Below are positions 1 through 10,685 of a DNA stretch of 64,000 nucleotides, piece by piece (position 1 is the stretch's first letter; every line of letters begins with the position of its first letter). The stretch covers positions 845 to 64,844 of the forward strand of contig JAPYTP010000002.1 of assembly GCA_029941885.1 (NCBI GenBank), read 5' to 3'. The position numbers and the translations under genes were made by a program. Under the pieces are notes generated by a model. That model was not told the DNA's origin and made no database searches. It saw only the letters and a list, made by a program, of their open reading frames with translations. The stretch is from Myxococcota bacterium (GTDB lineage: Bacteria > Myxococcota_A > UBA9160 > UBA4427).

Positions 1-14
1 GGGTCGCTTGTGAT

Positions 15-701
15 CTATAGCACACCGTCAAACCGAAAAGCCGCAATGGCTTTGACCGTACGGGGGCAAAGGTCGGACGATTCTTCGCTCGAGAGCGAAT
101 CGAGGGCCGAAAAATCGGCCGCAGTGTCGAGATCGAAGGCGGGCGCGCTAACGGTGGTCCGGAGCCCCACATGATTTGCGATAGCGAGGGTTTGTCCCAG
201 CACATCCTGTGTCGACATCGGGACATCGAAGAGCTCTGCGCAGGGCTGACGGAGTCCCACCATGGCGTATCCCCCTCCCTTATCGGGAGTGAGAACGAGA
301 TCGTACCCGGCTTCCAGGGAATCGACCGCTGACGCCACGTGTGCGAGCCCCAGTGCAGGACTATCACTCCCGCGCAACAGGACCCACCGGGCACCCGCTG
401 CGGCTCCCTCTGCGAACGCATTCGCCATTCTTTCCGCGAGCCCGAGGCCCCGCTGGGCCTGCAAACGAAAATCGGGGGGAACGCGATGGATCAACTCGCC
501 GACCGCATCCGGCGGGTAGAAGGCGAGAATAGGCTCGAGACCGAATTTCCTAGCGAAGCGCGAACTCGCCTCGAGTACGTCGGCGAGCATCTGTTCGTAG
601 AGATCGGCACTCTGATCGAGCGACAGCGGGGGCGACAGGCGGGTCTTGACCAGGCCCGGCCGGGGCGCCTTCGCAAAGACGATGAACCACCCCCGACTCA
701 C
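15..701 (-). CDS. DUF2064 / TIGR04282-type GT-A-fold (nucleotide-transferase-like) protein
   Basis: 228-aa ORF. The N-terminus FAKAPRPGLVKTRL and overall layout match the DUF2064 family as I remember it. The GTG start overlaps the TGA of the upstream gene (GTGA at 698-701). Confidence 0.7.
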   Translation of the reverse strand: MSRGWFIVFAKAPRPGLVKTRLSPPLSLDQSADLYEQMLADVLEASSRFARKFGLEPILAFYPPDAVGELIHRVPPDFRLQAQRGLGLAERMANAFAEGAAAGARWVLLRGSDSPALGLAHVASAVDSLEAGYDLVLTPDKGGGYAMVGLRQPCAELFDVPMSTQDVLGQTLAIANHVGLRTTVSAPAFDLDTAADFSALDSLSSEESSDLCPRTVKAIAAFRFDGVL

Positions 702-1708
702 GGGAGTTCCACTCGAGCAGCGGGCGGGGAGACGAAGGGGAGCTCGACGACACTCGCTCGGCCCGATTCGAATTCGACCGCCGTACCCGGCTCGGCGTGT
801 TCGCGCCGAACATAGGCGAGCGCGATCGGTCCGAGCGTGGGCGAATCCGCCAGGCTCGTGATCTCGCCTGTCCGGCGACCCGCCGAAGACAGTACCACGC
901 CCGCCGTGGGCAGCTCCAACGCGTCGAGCTTGAGACCCACCAACAGATGATTCACCTGCCCCCGGGCACGCAACCGCGCCACGATCTCTTGACCGACATA
1001 GCAGCCCTTCGTCGTCGAGATCGCTCGCTCGAGCCGTGCCTCCTGGGGAAGCACGTCGTCGAGTTCACGACCCAGCGCCGGAATCCCCGCCTCGATCCGG
1101 AGGATTTCGAGAGCCCGCGAATCCCCGCGAACGATCGATCCCTCCCCTCCCGCCGCATCGAGCGCCGCCTCGACGTCCGCGCGATCCGCGGCCAGGAATC
1201 GCAGCTGATAGGCCTCCTCGCCGGAAAACCCGAACGACCCAATGAGCACACTCCGATCCGCGATCAACCCCTCACACCAGCACTCGAGCTCCGGAGTCGG
1301 CGCACTCTCGCCTAGCGCTGCCCCGAGGATCCCCCGCGCGCTCGGACCCTCGAGGCCGAGTACGATCTGCTCCCCGGTCCGGTCGAGCAGTTCGACATCG
1401 TCGGCGATGATGAACCGATTCAAGGTCTCCATGATGTGTGGAATCTCGGCCCGCAGGCTCTCGAGCACGAAGACGTCTCCGAGCCCGGCGACGTGCAGAT
1501 CGGCGATGATCGCGCCCCGGTTGGTCAGAAGGGTGGCATAACAACCCAATCCGAACTCACCGACCGCCAGCGCTTCGACGTCTCCGGAGATCATACCGTC
1601 GAGCCAACGCACCCGATCCCCACCACTCACTTCGATCAGCCCCCGACTGTTCATCTCGTAGAGAGCCGCACTCTCCCGTGTTGCCAAGACGATCTCTTCC
1701 GCGCTCAC
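698..1708 (-). CDS. YgfZ/GcvT-family folate-binding protein
   Basis: ORF track gives 698..1810. I trim to the GTG at 1708, which overlaps the upstream TGA (GTGA). The TKGCYVGQEIVARL motif and aminomethyltransferase-like layout support the call. Confidence 0.75.
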   Translation of the reverse strand: MSAEEIVLATRESAALYEMNSRGLIEVSGGDRVRWLDGMISGDVEALAVGEFGLGCYATLLTNRGAIIADLHVAGLGDVFVLESLRAEIPHIMETLNRFIIADDVELLDRTGEQIVLGLEGPSARGILGAALGESAPTPELECWCEGLIADRSVLIGSFGFSGEEAYQLRFLAADRADVEAALDAAGGEGSIVRGDSRALEILRIEAGIPALGRELDDVLPQEARLERAISTTKGCYVGQEIVARLRARGQVNHLLVGLKLDALELPTAGVVLSSAGRRTGEITSLADSPTLGPIALAYVRREHAEPGTAVEFESGRASVVELPFVSPPAARVELP

Positions 1709-2730
1709 TGCTCGTCTCCCCCCGCCCTGGGATCCGCCGAGGAGCCCGCCACTCCGGGCGGCAACGACCCGTGTAGTGCCACGCTCCCTTCCGCCTGTTC
1801 GACGATCCACTCCGAATAGCGTTCACAGACTGCGTCGTATTCCTCTTCCGTATCGATATCGAGAGCACATCCGCCGCTCTCCGTCACAGCGAACGCGAAG
1901 CGAGTGTCGAGGATCTTCGAGATCGTCGAACGGTTGATCTCGAGCGTGACGAGTCGCGAGAGGAAGTGGGCGAGACGGGGGCGACCGTTGCGGTCGGCGA
2001 TGCCCGCGAGGTGCATGAATCCGAAGAGCACCGCGATCTTGAGGCCGCCCACGCTCGAGAGCAATAGACGCAGGGACAGCATGAACATGTTCCAGAAGCG
2101 CCGCTGGTGGCGCATCTCGTACATCTCTTCGATGCGGCCCCGCTGTCCGATTCGGCCGGGGCGGGCATAGTGGAGATTGTTCTGCCGGAACCGGCCGTCT
2201 CGCAGGTTGAAATAGGCGAGGGTGATTCCGGTTTCCTCGGGACTCCTGGGCGCAAAGACGTCCAGACACTCAGCCGGGCACAGCCCCAGCGCGTAGTCGA
2301 CATCGAGGGCCTGAGCGCGCTGAACGACAGAGGAGATCTCCTGGGGCGTCGCGAGCGGGATATCCCCGGAGAGATAGAGCACTTCCTGGTCGAGGTCGGC
2401 TTCACTCTCGGGATCGCGACCCTTGGCAGTGTCTCCCGACAGAATTCTCCGATAGGTCTCCCAGCAATTGGATATCAGATCACGCTGTTGCTCGACGGCG
2501 TAGAGGGGCTTGGTCAGCGCAGACTGAAGCCGCTCGTGACCCAGCGCTTCTTCGAGCCGTCCGGGATCCCCGACAACCCAGACCGCATCGATCTCCGGGC
2601 AGTCCTGAAGACTGCGAACGACGTGGCAGACGAGCGCCAGACCGTCGACCTCGAGATAGACCTTGCTCTTGCCGTAGACGGCCTTGGCCGCACGACTATC
2701 CCCCGCGGTCACGATCGCTGGGACACCCAA
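1705..2730 (-). CDS. MobA-like NTP-transferase domain protein with unassigned C-terminal half
   Basis: The N-terminus AIVTAGDS..GKSKVYLEVDG resembles GT-A nucleotidyltransferases. The C-terminal ~150 aa contains a hydrophobic stretch (FWNMFMLSLRLLLSSVGGLKIAVLFGF) and matches no family I recognise. Confidence 0.6.
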   Translation of the reverse strand: MGVPAIVTAGDSRAAKAVYGKSKVYLEVDGLALVCHVVRSLQDCPEIDAVWVVGDPGRLEEALGHERLQSALTKPLYAVEQQRDLISNCWETYRRILSGDTAKGRDPESEADLDQEVLYLSGDIPLATPQEISSVVQRAQALDVDYALGLCPAECLDVFAPRSPEETGITLAYFNLRDGRFRQNNLHYARPGRIGQRGRIEEMYEMRHQRRFWNMFMLSLRLLLSSVGGLKIAVLFGFMHLAGIADRNGRPRLAHFLSRLVTLEINRSTISKILDTRFAFAVTESGGCALDIDTEEEYDAVCERYSEWIVEQAEGSVALHGSLPPGVAGSSADPRAGGDEQ

Positions 2731-2733
2731 GAG

Positions 2734-2982
2734 TCAGTCTCCCCCTTCCGCACCTTCTGTGCCTTCCGAGCCAACGGAGTCTTCTTCGAGCAGAAAGATG
2801 ACCTGCAGGGTAACGAGGAACTCGACGATCGCGCCGTCCTCGACCCGCGCCTTCTCCTCGATCACCTTGATTCCCGTGATGCCACGGAGGGTCTTGTTGG
2901 CACGTTCGAAACCGAGCTCGGCTGCCTCCTGCCAGCTATTGGGGGAAGCGGAAGTGATCGTCGATACGGATGCGACGGCCAT
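2734..2982 (-). CDS. dodecin family flavin-binding protein (paralogue 1, acidic C-tail)
   Basis: ORF 2734..3075 trimmed to the internal ATG at 2982. MAVASVSTITSASPNSWQEAAELGFERANKTLRGITGIKVIE..VEFLVTLQV aligns by eye with bacterial dodecins (~70 aa). Confidence 0.8.
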   Translation of the reverse strand: MAVASVSTITSASPNSWQEAAELGFERANKTLRGITGIKVIEEKARVEDGAIVEFLVTLQVIFLLEEDSVGSEGTEGAEGGD

Positions 2983-3040
2983 TGCGGATGGGACCTTCCT
3001 CTCGGGCAGCCAAGACGTGGGTGTCGCCGTGAGTGGCAAC

Positions 3041-3262
3041 CTACCAGTGCGAGTCGATTTGCGGCGCCATGTCAAAAAAGAGTCGAAGCCGGATGCGATA
3101 CTCGAGGATCGCCCCGGCCTCCGTCTTCAGGCTCTTCTCCACGACTTCGATTCCGGTGATCCCGCGCAGGGTTCGATTGGCGCGGAGAAGAACGGTTTGC
3201 GCAGCGTCCTCGAAGCTCGTCGGACTCGATCCGATGATGTCGCTGATCTTGCTGACCCACAT
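3041..3262 (-). CDS. dodecin family flavin-binding protein (paralogue 2)
   Basis: 73 aa. KISDIIGSSPTSFEDAAQTVLLRANRTLRGITGIEVVE..LEYRIRLRLFF has the same architecture as paralogue 1. It sits 58 nt upstream of paralogue 1. Confidence 0.8.
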   Translation of the reverse strand: MWVSKISDIIGSSPTSFEDAAQTVLLRANRTLRGITGIEVVEKSLKTEAGAILEYRIRLRLFFDMAPQIDSHW

Positions 3263-3414
3263 CGTTGCTGACCTCGTTGGCCGAGCCCGGCACTCGCACG
3301 CGTACCATACTCTCTACTCTCTCAAGTTAGCGCGACCCCCAAGCGGATGCGCCGGCATGTCGCGTCGATGCCCATCGAAGCGTCTGGCATATTCCCGCCG
3401 AATCGAAACGGACC

Positions 3415-4266
3415 ATGCAGCCATCCTCCTTCAATAGCGGACCCGCCCCGACCCCGAGTGACGCCCCGTCTGAGCCGCCGCCCGGCGCTGGGATCGGACT
3501 GCTCGCTCGCGCGGCGGACGCAATCGGCTTTTCGAGTGGGCTGCCCGCCGCCATTGCCGCCGGGCTCTCGCTCGCCGCCAGTCGCGCCCTCGGCGCGGCG
3601 GAAGCGGAACGCTGGGCGGTACTCGCGGCGAGCGGGACCTTCGTCGTCTACGGCCTCGATCGGCTGCGCGACACGACACGCGACCGAGCCACCTCGCCGC
3701 GGCGAACCGCCTTCGTCGAAAGAAATTCGGTCGCGCTCTCGGTGGCCGTCGCCCTCGCGGCTCTCCTGCTCACCGCAACCCTCTACTCGACACCGCCAAG
3801 CGTAATCCTCTTGTGTCTGGGCACGGGAGCGATCGGCCTTTTGCATCGTCGCCTGAAAGGCTTCGCGGGACTCAAGTCCATCTACGTTTCCGCGGCCTGG
3901 GTCGCGATCTGCGCGGGCATTCCCGGCGTCTCCGTGGGGATCGGTCCGCATCTAGCCTGGGTCGCCGGGATCTTGTTTGCGGGACTCGCAGCCAATCTGA
4001 TCGCCTCCAATCTACGGGACGACGGGGCAACGCTCCTCCGAAGACGGCCACGGTCGGTTCTGGGATTCGCACGCGCTCTCGCGGTGGCGGGTGTTTTCAT
4101 CGCCTGGGTCGCTCCGTGCGAACTCGGGCCGCTGGCCTGGATTCCCCTGGCGCAAGCCCTCGCGCTCAGCTTCTTCAGACCGAGCGAATCCTACGGCCAC
4201 CTCGCCGTCGACGGCGCACTGCTCGCGGGCGCTCTCGCGAGCCTGCTCCACTTCGCGCTTCGGTGA
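3415..4266 (+). CDS. polytopic membrane protein, UbiA-prenyltransferase-like
   Basis: 283 aa, mostly hydrophobic helices. Two Asp-rich loops (YGLDRLRD and NLRDD) are spaced like the UbiA-family motifs. Assignment is by eye only. Confidence 0.5.
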   Translation: MQPSSFNSGPAPTPSDAPSEPPPGAGIGLLARAADAIGFSSGLPAAIAAGLSLAASRALGAAEAERWAVLAASGTFVVYGLDRLRDTTRDRATSPRRTAFVERNSVALSVAVALAALLLTATLYSTPPSVILLCLGTGAIGLLHRRLKGFAGLKSIYVSAAWVAICAGIPGVSVGIGPHLAWVAGILFAGLAANLIASNLRDDGATLLRRRPRSVLGFARALAVAGVFIAWVAPCELGPLAWIPLAQALALSFFRPSESYGHLAVDGALLAGALASLLHFALR

Positions 4267-4286
4267 TCCCCACTCGCGTTGCGCAG

Positions 4287-4322
4287 AAAAAAAGCGCGCA
4301 CCCGATCGATCGGGTGCGCGCT
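4287..4322 (-). terminator. intrinsic terminator downstream of tRNA-Ala
   Basis: Perfect inverted repeat AGCGCGCACCCGATC/GATCGGGTGCGCGCT (4293-4322). On the minus strand it is followed by a T7 run (A-run 4287-4293 on the plus strand). It also lies just after the stop of the UbiA-like gene. Confidence 0.7.
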
Positions 4323-4356
4323 CGCTTCGTGCCTGGTCTTCGCAGGAACAGGAAAA

Positions 4357-4432
4357 TGGTGGAGCCGAGCGGGTTCGAACCGCCGACCTTCGCGTTGCGA
4401 ACGCGACGCTCTCCCAGCTGAGCTACGGCCCC
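4357..4432 (-). tRNA. tRNA-Ala (anticodon CGC), CCA encoded
   Basis: The 76-nt reverse complement GGGGCCGTAGCTCAGCTGGGAGAGCGTCGCGTTCGCAACGCGAAGGTCGGCGGTTCGAACCCGCTCGGCTCCACCA folds as a cloverleaf. It has the G3:U70 alanine identity pair and anticodon loop TTCGCAA. Confidence 0.95.
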
Positions 4433-4524
4433 GTGAATCCGGGTTCTGAACGCTCTCTCGGGACCACGGGATCCGACGGATCCAGCGGTCCGGCGGTCGG
4501 CCCGGGTAGCCGGACCGCCTTCCG

Positions 4525-4590
4525 CGAGGAGCGAGATTTCGAACGGCGGACCTTAGGTTCAGACCTCCCGAGCGTCAATGGCAACGGCCC
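4525..4590 (-). pseudogene. degenerate tRNA-Ala-like relic
   Basis: On the minus strand, blocks GGGCCGT, GCTC..GGGAG, AAGGTCCGCCGTTCGAA and CTCGCTCC are collinear with the neighbouring tRNA-Ala. The T stem and acceptor stem no longer pair. Confidence 0.35.
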
Positions 4591-4699
4591 AGCAGGTCGC
4601 CCGACCATTCCCTTCCCCTCGGGAACTCGTCTCGAATGGGTCGATGGAACCCTCGGCGGCTCTCCTTACGACGGAATCGGTCAAAGATCCCGTGAAGAT

Positions 4700-6352
4700 C
4701 TAGCTGCCGCGAGCTTGTTTGCCCAATGCGCCCGCCGGGTGTCGCGCGGCGTATTCCTCGCGATCCAATCCGCGTCGATCCTGCAAGACCGCCCCCAGCG
4801 CAGCCAGCACGAGAATCTCCGCGGCGACGCTGGCACGCGGCGCGAGCCCGAGCGGCCCACCCTCCTCTTTGACTCCCGCATCCAGAGTCACGTCCGCCGC
4901 CTCTGCGAGCGGCGAAGTCAGCCCGCCGGTCACGGCGATCACGCGACCGCCGTACCCGCGGATCGCTTCGACCGCGAGCAGACACTCCGACGTCGTGCCG
5001 CTGTTGCTGATCGCGATCACGACGTCGCCCGGCACGATCTGCCCGAGGCTACCGTGGAGCGATTCGGTCGCGTGCAAGAAGGTCGTCGGGGTCCCGGTCG
5101 AGGCCAGCAGACTCGCCGCATAATGCGCCACGTGTTCGGGCTTTCCGACGCCCGTCACGTGGACCCGGTTACCCGTCGCTTCGGCGGCCTCGATCAGCTC
5201 CGCCGCGGCCTGTATCGACACACCATCGTGTCGTTCTGCGAGTGCTGCGAGTTCGCGTGAGGCCACATCGAGAACGCGTCGCCCCGCCGCCCCGGGCACT
5301 TCTTCCGTGGTGCCGGTCTCGGTAAGCGTCCGCCAACGATCGTCTCCCGGTGTCACCCCATCGTAGAGTTCCACCACGCGCGCACGCAGCGCCTTCGCGT
5401 CGTCGGGAAACGCGCCCACGCGCTCGACACACGCCGCGCCACACGCGTTGCCGAGCTTCGCGGCCTCATCGAGCGCGAGACCCAACGCCTCTCCCGCGAG
5501 CAATCCGCCGAGAAACGCGTCGCCGGCTCCCGTGGAGTCGACGACCGACGATGCGCGATAGGCCGGGATCCAGCGCGTTCCCGAATCGTCACAGAGCAGC
5601 GATCCCCGCGCGCCGTCGGTCATCACGACGGTCTCGCTGCCGTAGCGATCGCGTAGCGCGACGACCAGGTCATCGAGCGCATCGATCTCCGAAAAGAGCT
5701 CGCGTGCCGCCAGCGCGGTCGGCTTCAACAGATCTGCCTCACCCAACACCGCGTCGAGGGTCTCTCGATCCCCGAGCCCAGCGACTGCATCGCTCGGCAG
5801 GATATCCAGGTCGACGACCGTCGAGAGACCGGACTCGTGCGCCAATTGCAGCGCAGCCAAAGTCGAGTCGAGGGGGAGCTGGGAAACTTCGGTCGTGAGT
5901 CGATCCCCGCGAGCGATGAACTCGGCGTGGTCACTACGCACATGCTCCGGGGTCGTTTCCGCGGTTGCGCCGGCGGCCATGTAGATGGCTCGCTCTCCCT
6001 CCGCGTCGATGAAAATCTCGGCCAGGGAACTCGCGCTGCCTGTCAGATCCAGATGCGTCTCGATTCCGCATCGCTTCATCGCCGCCCGCAGGATCCGCCC
6101 GGTCTCGTCGTCGGCTTGCCGCCCGAAGAGTCCGGCGCGCAACCCGAAGAGCGATGCCCAGCCGAGCTGATTGAGCAATACGCCTCCGATGCAGGTCTTG
6201 ACCGGACCGCTCGGTTCGGGTGACTCCTCCACTGCGTCGAGCAGGCCCTTCTCGTTCGCGGCGAGCACGCGACGCGTTCGATGCATCCGGTCGAGCACCA
6301 TACTTCCGATCCCGACGAGTTCGAGTCGATTCGTTTCGCCTGCCATTCTCAA
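4700..6352 (-). CDS. PfkB-family sugar kinase fused to a KpsF/GutQ-type SIS (sugar-phosphate isomerase) domain
   Basis: The N-terminal ~330 aa is ribokinase-like and carries the DSTGAGDAFLGG signature. The C-terminal ~190 aa is a SIS domain (VTGVGKPEHVA, ISNSGTTSE, GLAPRAS). The start overlaps the stop of the upstream aldolase gene. Confidence 0.8.
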   Translation of the reverse strand: MRMAGETNRLELVGIGSMVLDRMHRTRRVLAANEKGLLDAVEESPEPSGPVKTCIGGVLLNQLGWASLFGLRAGLFGRQADDETGRILRAAMKRCGIETHLDLTGSASSLAEIFIDAEGERAIYMAAGATAETTPEHVRSDHAEFIARGDRLTTEVSQLPLDSTLAALQLAHESGLSTVVDLDILPSDAVAGLGDRETLDAVLGEADLLKPTALAARELFSEIDALDDLVVALRDRYGSETVVMTDGARGSLLCDDSGTRWIPAYRASSVVDSTGAGDAFLGGLLAGEALGLALDEAAKLGNACGAACVERVGAFPDDAKALRARVVELYDGVTPGDDRWRTLTETGTTEEVPGAAGRRVLDVASRELAALAERHDGVSIQAAAELIEAAEATGNRVHVTGVGKPEHVAHYAASLLASTGTPTTFLHATESLHGSLGQIVPGDVVIAISNSGTTSECLLAVEAIRGYGGRVIAVTGGLTSPLAEAADVTLDAGVKEEGGPLGLAPRASVAAEILVLAALGAVLQDRRGLDREEYAARHPAGALGKQARGS

Positions 6353-7476
6353 TCGTTCCTCCGCTCGAAGCGCGTCAGCCAGGGTTCTCCGATCTCCTTC
6401 GCGGCCAGCACTTTTACTTCTTCGAAGGCCACATCGAAACGTTCTGCATCCGGCCCGGAGAGTTCGGGCGTTCCGGGTGCGACGCAGGGGCTCGAGATCA
6501 CGCCCTCGCGATAGAGAGCGCGTTTCAGACTGGCGAGGGTGCGCTTGCCGCTCGCCGCGACCGTCCGATCGCGAAAGGCATCGACGACGCGCTGAGCGCG
6601 GTCCATCCGCTCTTCATCACCCGCTCGACAGACCTGCCACGCCCACGCCCACTCCCGAGGCAACGCGTTCGCTGGACCGGACACGACACCAACGGGCATC
6701 CCGCCCGCACGGCGCCAGCGATCCCAGTGTTCCCGAATGGTCCCGAGCACACCGTGATAAGGCCGGTAGATGTCGAAGATCAGCTTCGCGTTTCCGACGT
6801 AGATTCCAAATTCGCCGCGATCCTTGAAGCTCTTCGCGGCGCGCGTGTAGTTGCCCAGGACCTTGTTCGAAGCGGACACCTTGATGCCCCGGATGAAGTC
6901 GAGGCGGCTCATCGCCTTCACCTGCCTCGTGCGGATATGCGGGATGCGCGGGTCGATCGCAATGTCGGCATTGTCGTAGAGAAAGATCGGGATACGCCGC
7001 GGGCCCGCATCGAGCAGATCGGCGACATCGCGCAAGACGAAGCGAACCGGGTCGTCGACACCCTGGATCGAGAGCGGGGCGAGAACCGCCGCGTCGACAC
7101 CACAATCGATCGCGAATTCCAGGTTGGCCAGGGTTTCGCGCGCCGTCGGCGCGGTCACTCCGGCCCAATGCTCAACGCCGGCACTCCCTGCGCGGGTCGC
7201 GGGGCTCAGGTTCAGCTTTTCGACCTCTTCGGCGCAAACCCGGATCACGCCCTGGCGCGTATCGTTGTCGATCTTGTCCCACTCGCCCGTCGTGCCCGCG
7301 GAGAAGATGATGTCGGCGCCGGACCCGTCCTGGACCACGTGACGCACGAGGGCCCTTTGATCCTCTTCGAGAAGGCCTGCCTCCTCGTCGAGCACCGTCA
7401 ACACGGGGACCGATAACCCCGGCTTGGGCCTGGACTCCTCGACGCTCCGAATCGAACCATCCCCCACACGCACCAA
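6349..7476 (-). CDS. DapA/N-acetylneuraminate-lyase family class I aldolase
   Basis: SAGTTGEW (GTTGE motif) and IRGIKVS (Schiff-base Lys context). At 375 aa it is longer than typical family members, so the start is uncertain. Confidence 0.75.
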   Translation of the reverse strand: MVRVGDGSIRSVEESRPKPGLSVPVLTVLDEEAGLLEEDQRALVRHVVQDGSGADIIFSAGTTGEWDKIDNDTRQGVIRVCAEEVEKLNLSPATRAGSAGVEHWAGVTAPTARETLANLEFAIDCGVDAAVLAPLSIQGVDDPVRFVLRDVADLLDAGPRRIPIFLYDNADIAIDPRIPHIRTRQVKAMSRLDFIRGIKVSASNKVLGNYTRAAKSFKDRGEFGIYVGNAKLIFDIYRPYHGVLGTIREHWDRWRRAGGMPVGVVSGPANALPREWAWAWQVCRAGDEERMDRAQRVVDAFRDRTVAASGKRTLASLKRALYREGVISSPCVAPGTPELSGPDAERFDVAFEEVKVLAAKEIGEPWLTRFERRND

Positions 7477-7579
7477 CGCGAGGAGGCCATCATAGCGGCT
7501 CGCCCTCTGGAGGACGCGTTCCTCACCAAGGCACCCGACGCGAGGAGGACGAGAGTGCTGCCGGAGGGCGATTCGACGG

Positions 7580-7801
7580 CTAGAGGGTTTCGAAGAAGAA
7601 CGTCATCTTCACGGCTAGCGACTCGGCACCACCGGACCCGGGCGAAACGTCGAGCACGATCAGTTGAAAGCGGTTCTGGCGAATTTCTTCCGGCGCCCGA
7701 AGCGGCTCGCGGAGGCAGGTCACCCCGTAGCCCTCTTGCGAGAGCACCTCTTTCAACTGGAGCTCTGCGCCCTCTTCTGGGTCGACGACGAGTACATTCA
7801 A
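7580..7801 (-). pseudogene. truncated response-regulator receiver-domain fragment
   Basis: 73 codons, VLVVDPEE..GYGVTCL..FQLIVLDVSPGSGG, matching the first half of a REC domain only. An in-frame TAA lies just upstream. A possible continuation (STLVLLASGA) sits in another frame. Confidence 0.3.
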
Positions 7802-8108
7802 TCTTTACTGATTGGCCATTTCAATCCCGCGATTCTTCGATCCGGATACCCAGCGACGCCGCTACTTCGGCGATGCCATCCTCGGATCGGGCAGGGAAGC
7901 GCTGCATTTGCTTGCATGCCCTCTGCGCACGACTTGCCGATCGATTCGGTCTTTTACCCGATCCCCATTAGTGGTTGATTGGAATCTTTCAGGGTTTCAG
8001 TGGAATCGAAATCAGCAGATCGTCTGGGGGCAACGCAGGATTTGTCGCGAGTAGATTTCGCTACGCCCCCATCGGCTGCTCGAATTTTCGACGCCGCGGC
8101 GATCGCCC

Positions 8109-10561
<2,453 letters not shown>

Positions 10562-10685
10562 CTAAATCATGAGCGGCCCTCGCGTACGCCGCGACGACCG
10601 CTGATCCGATCTCCACGAGGAGCGCGGAGATTTCGAGTCCCACGGAAGCCCCTCGGGCGGCGCGATGTTAGCAGGCCCCCGCTCT

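Noticed and set aside
4267-4700. Integrated mobile element at tRNA-Ala.
   Set aside because: There is no integrase, no direct repeat of the tRNA 3' end and no compositional break. The tRNA-like relic lies on the 5' side of the tRNA, not where an att site would be.
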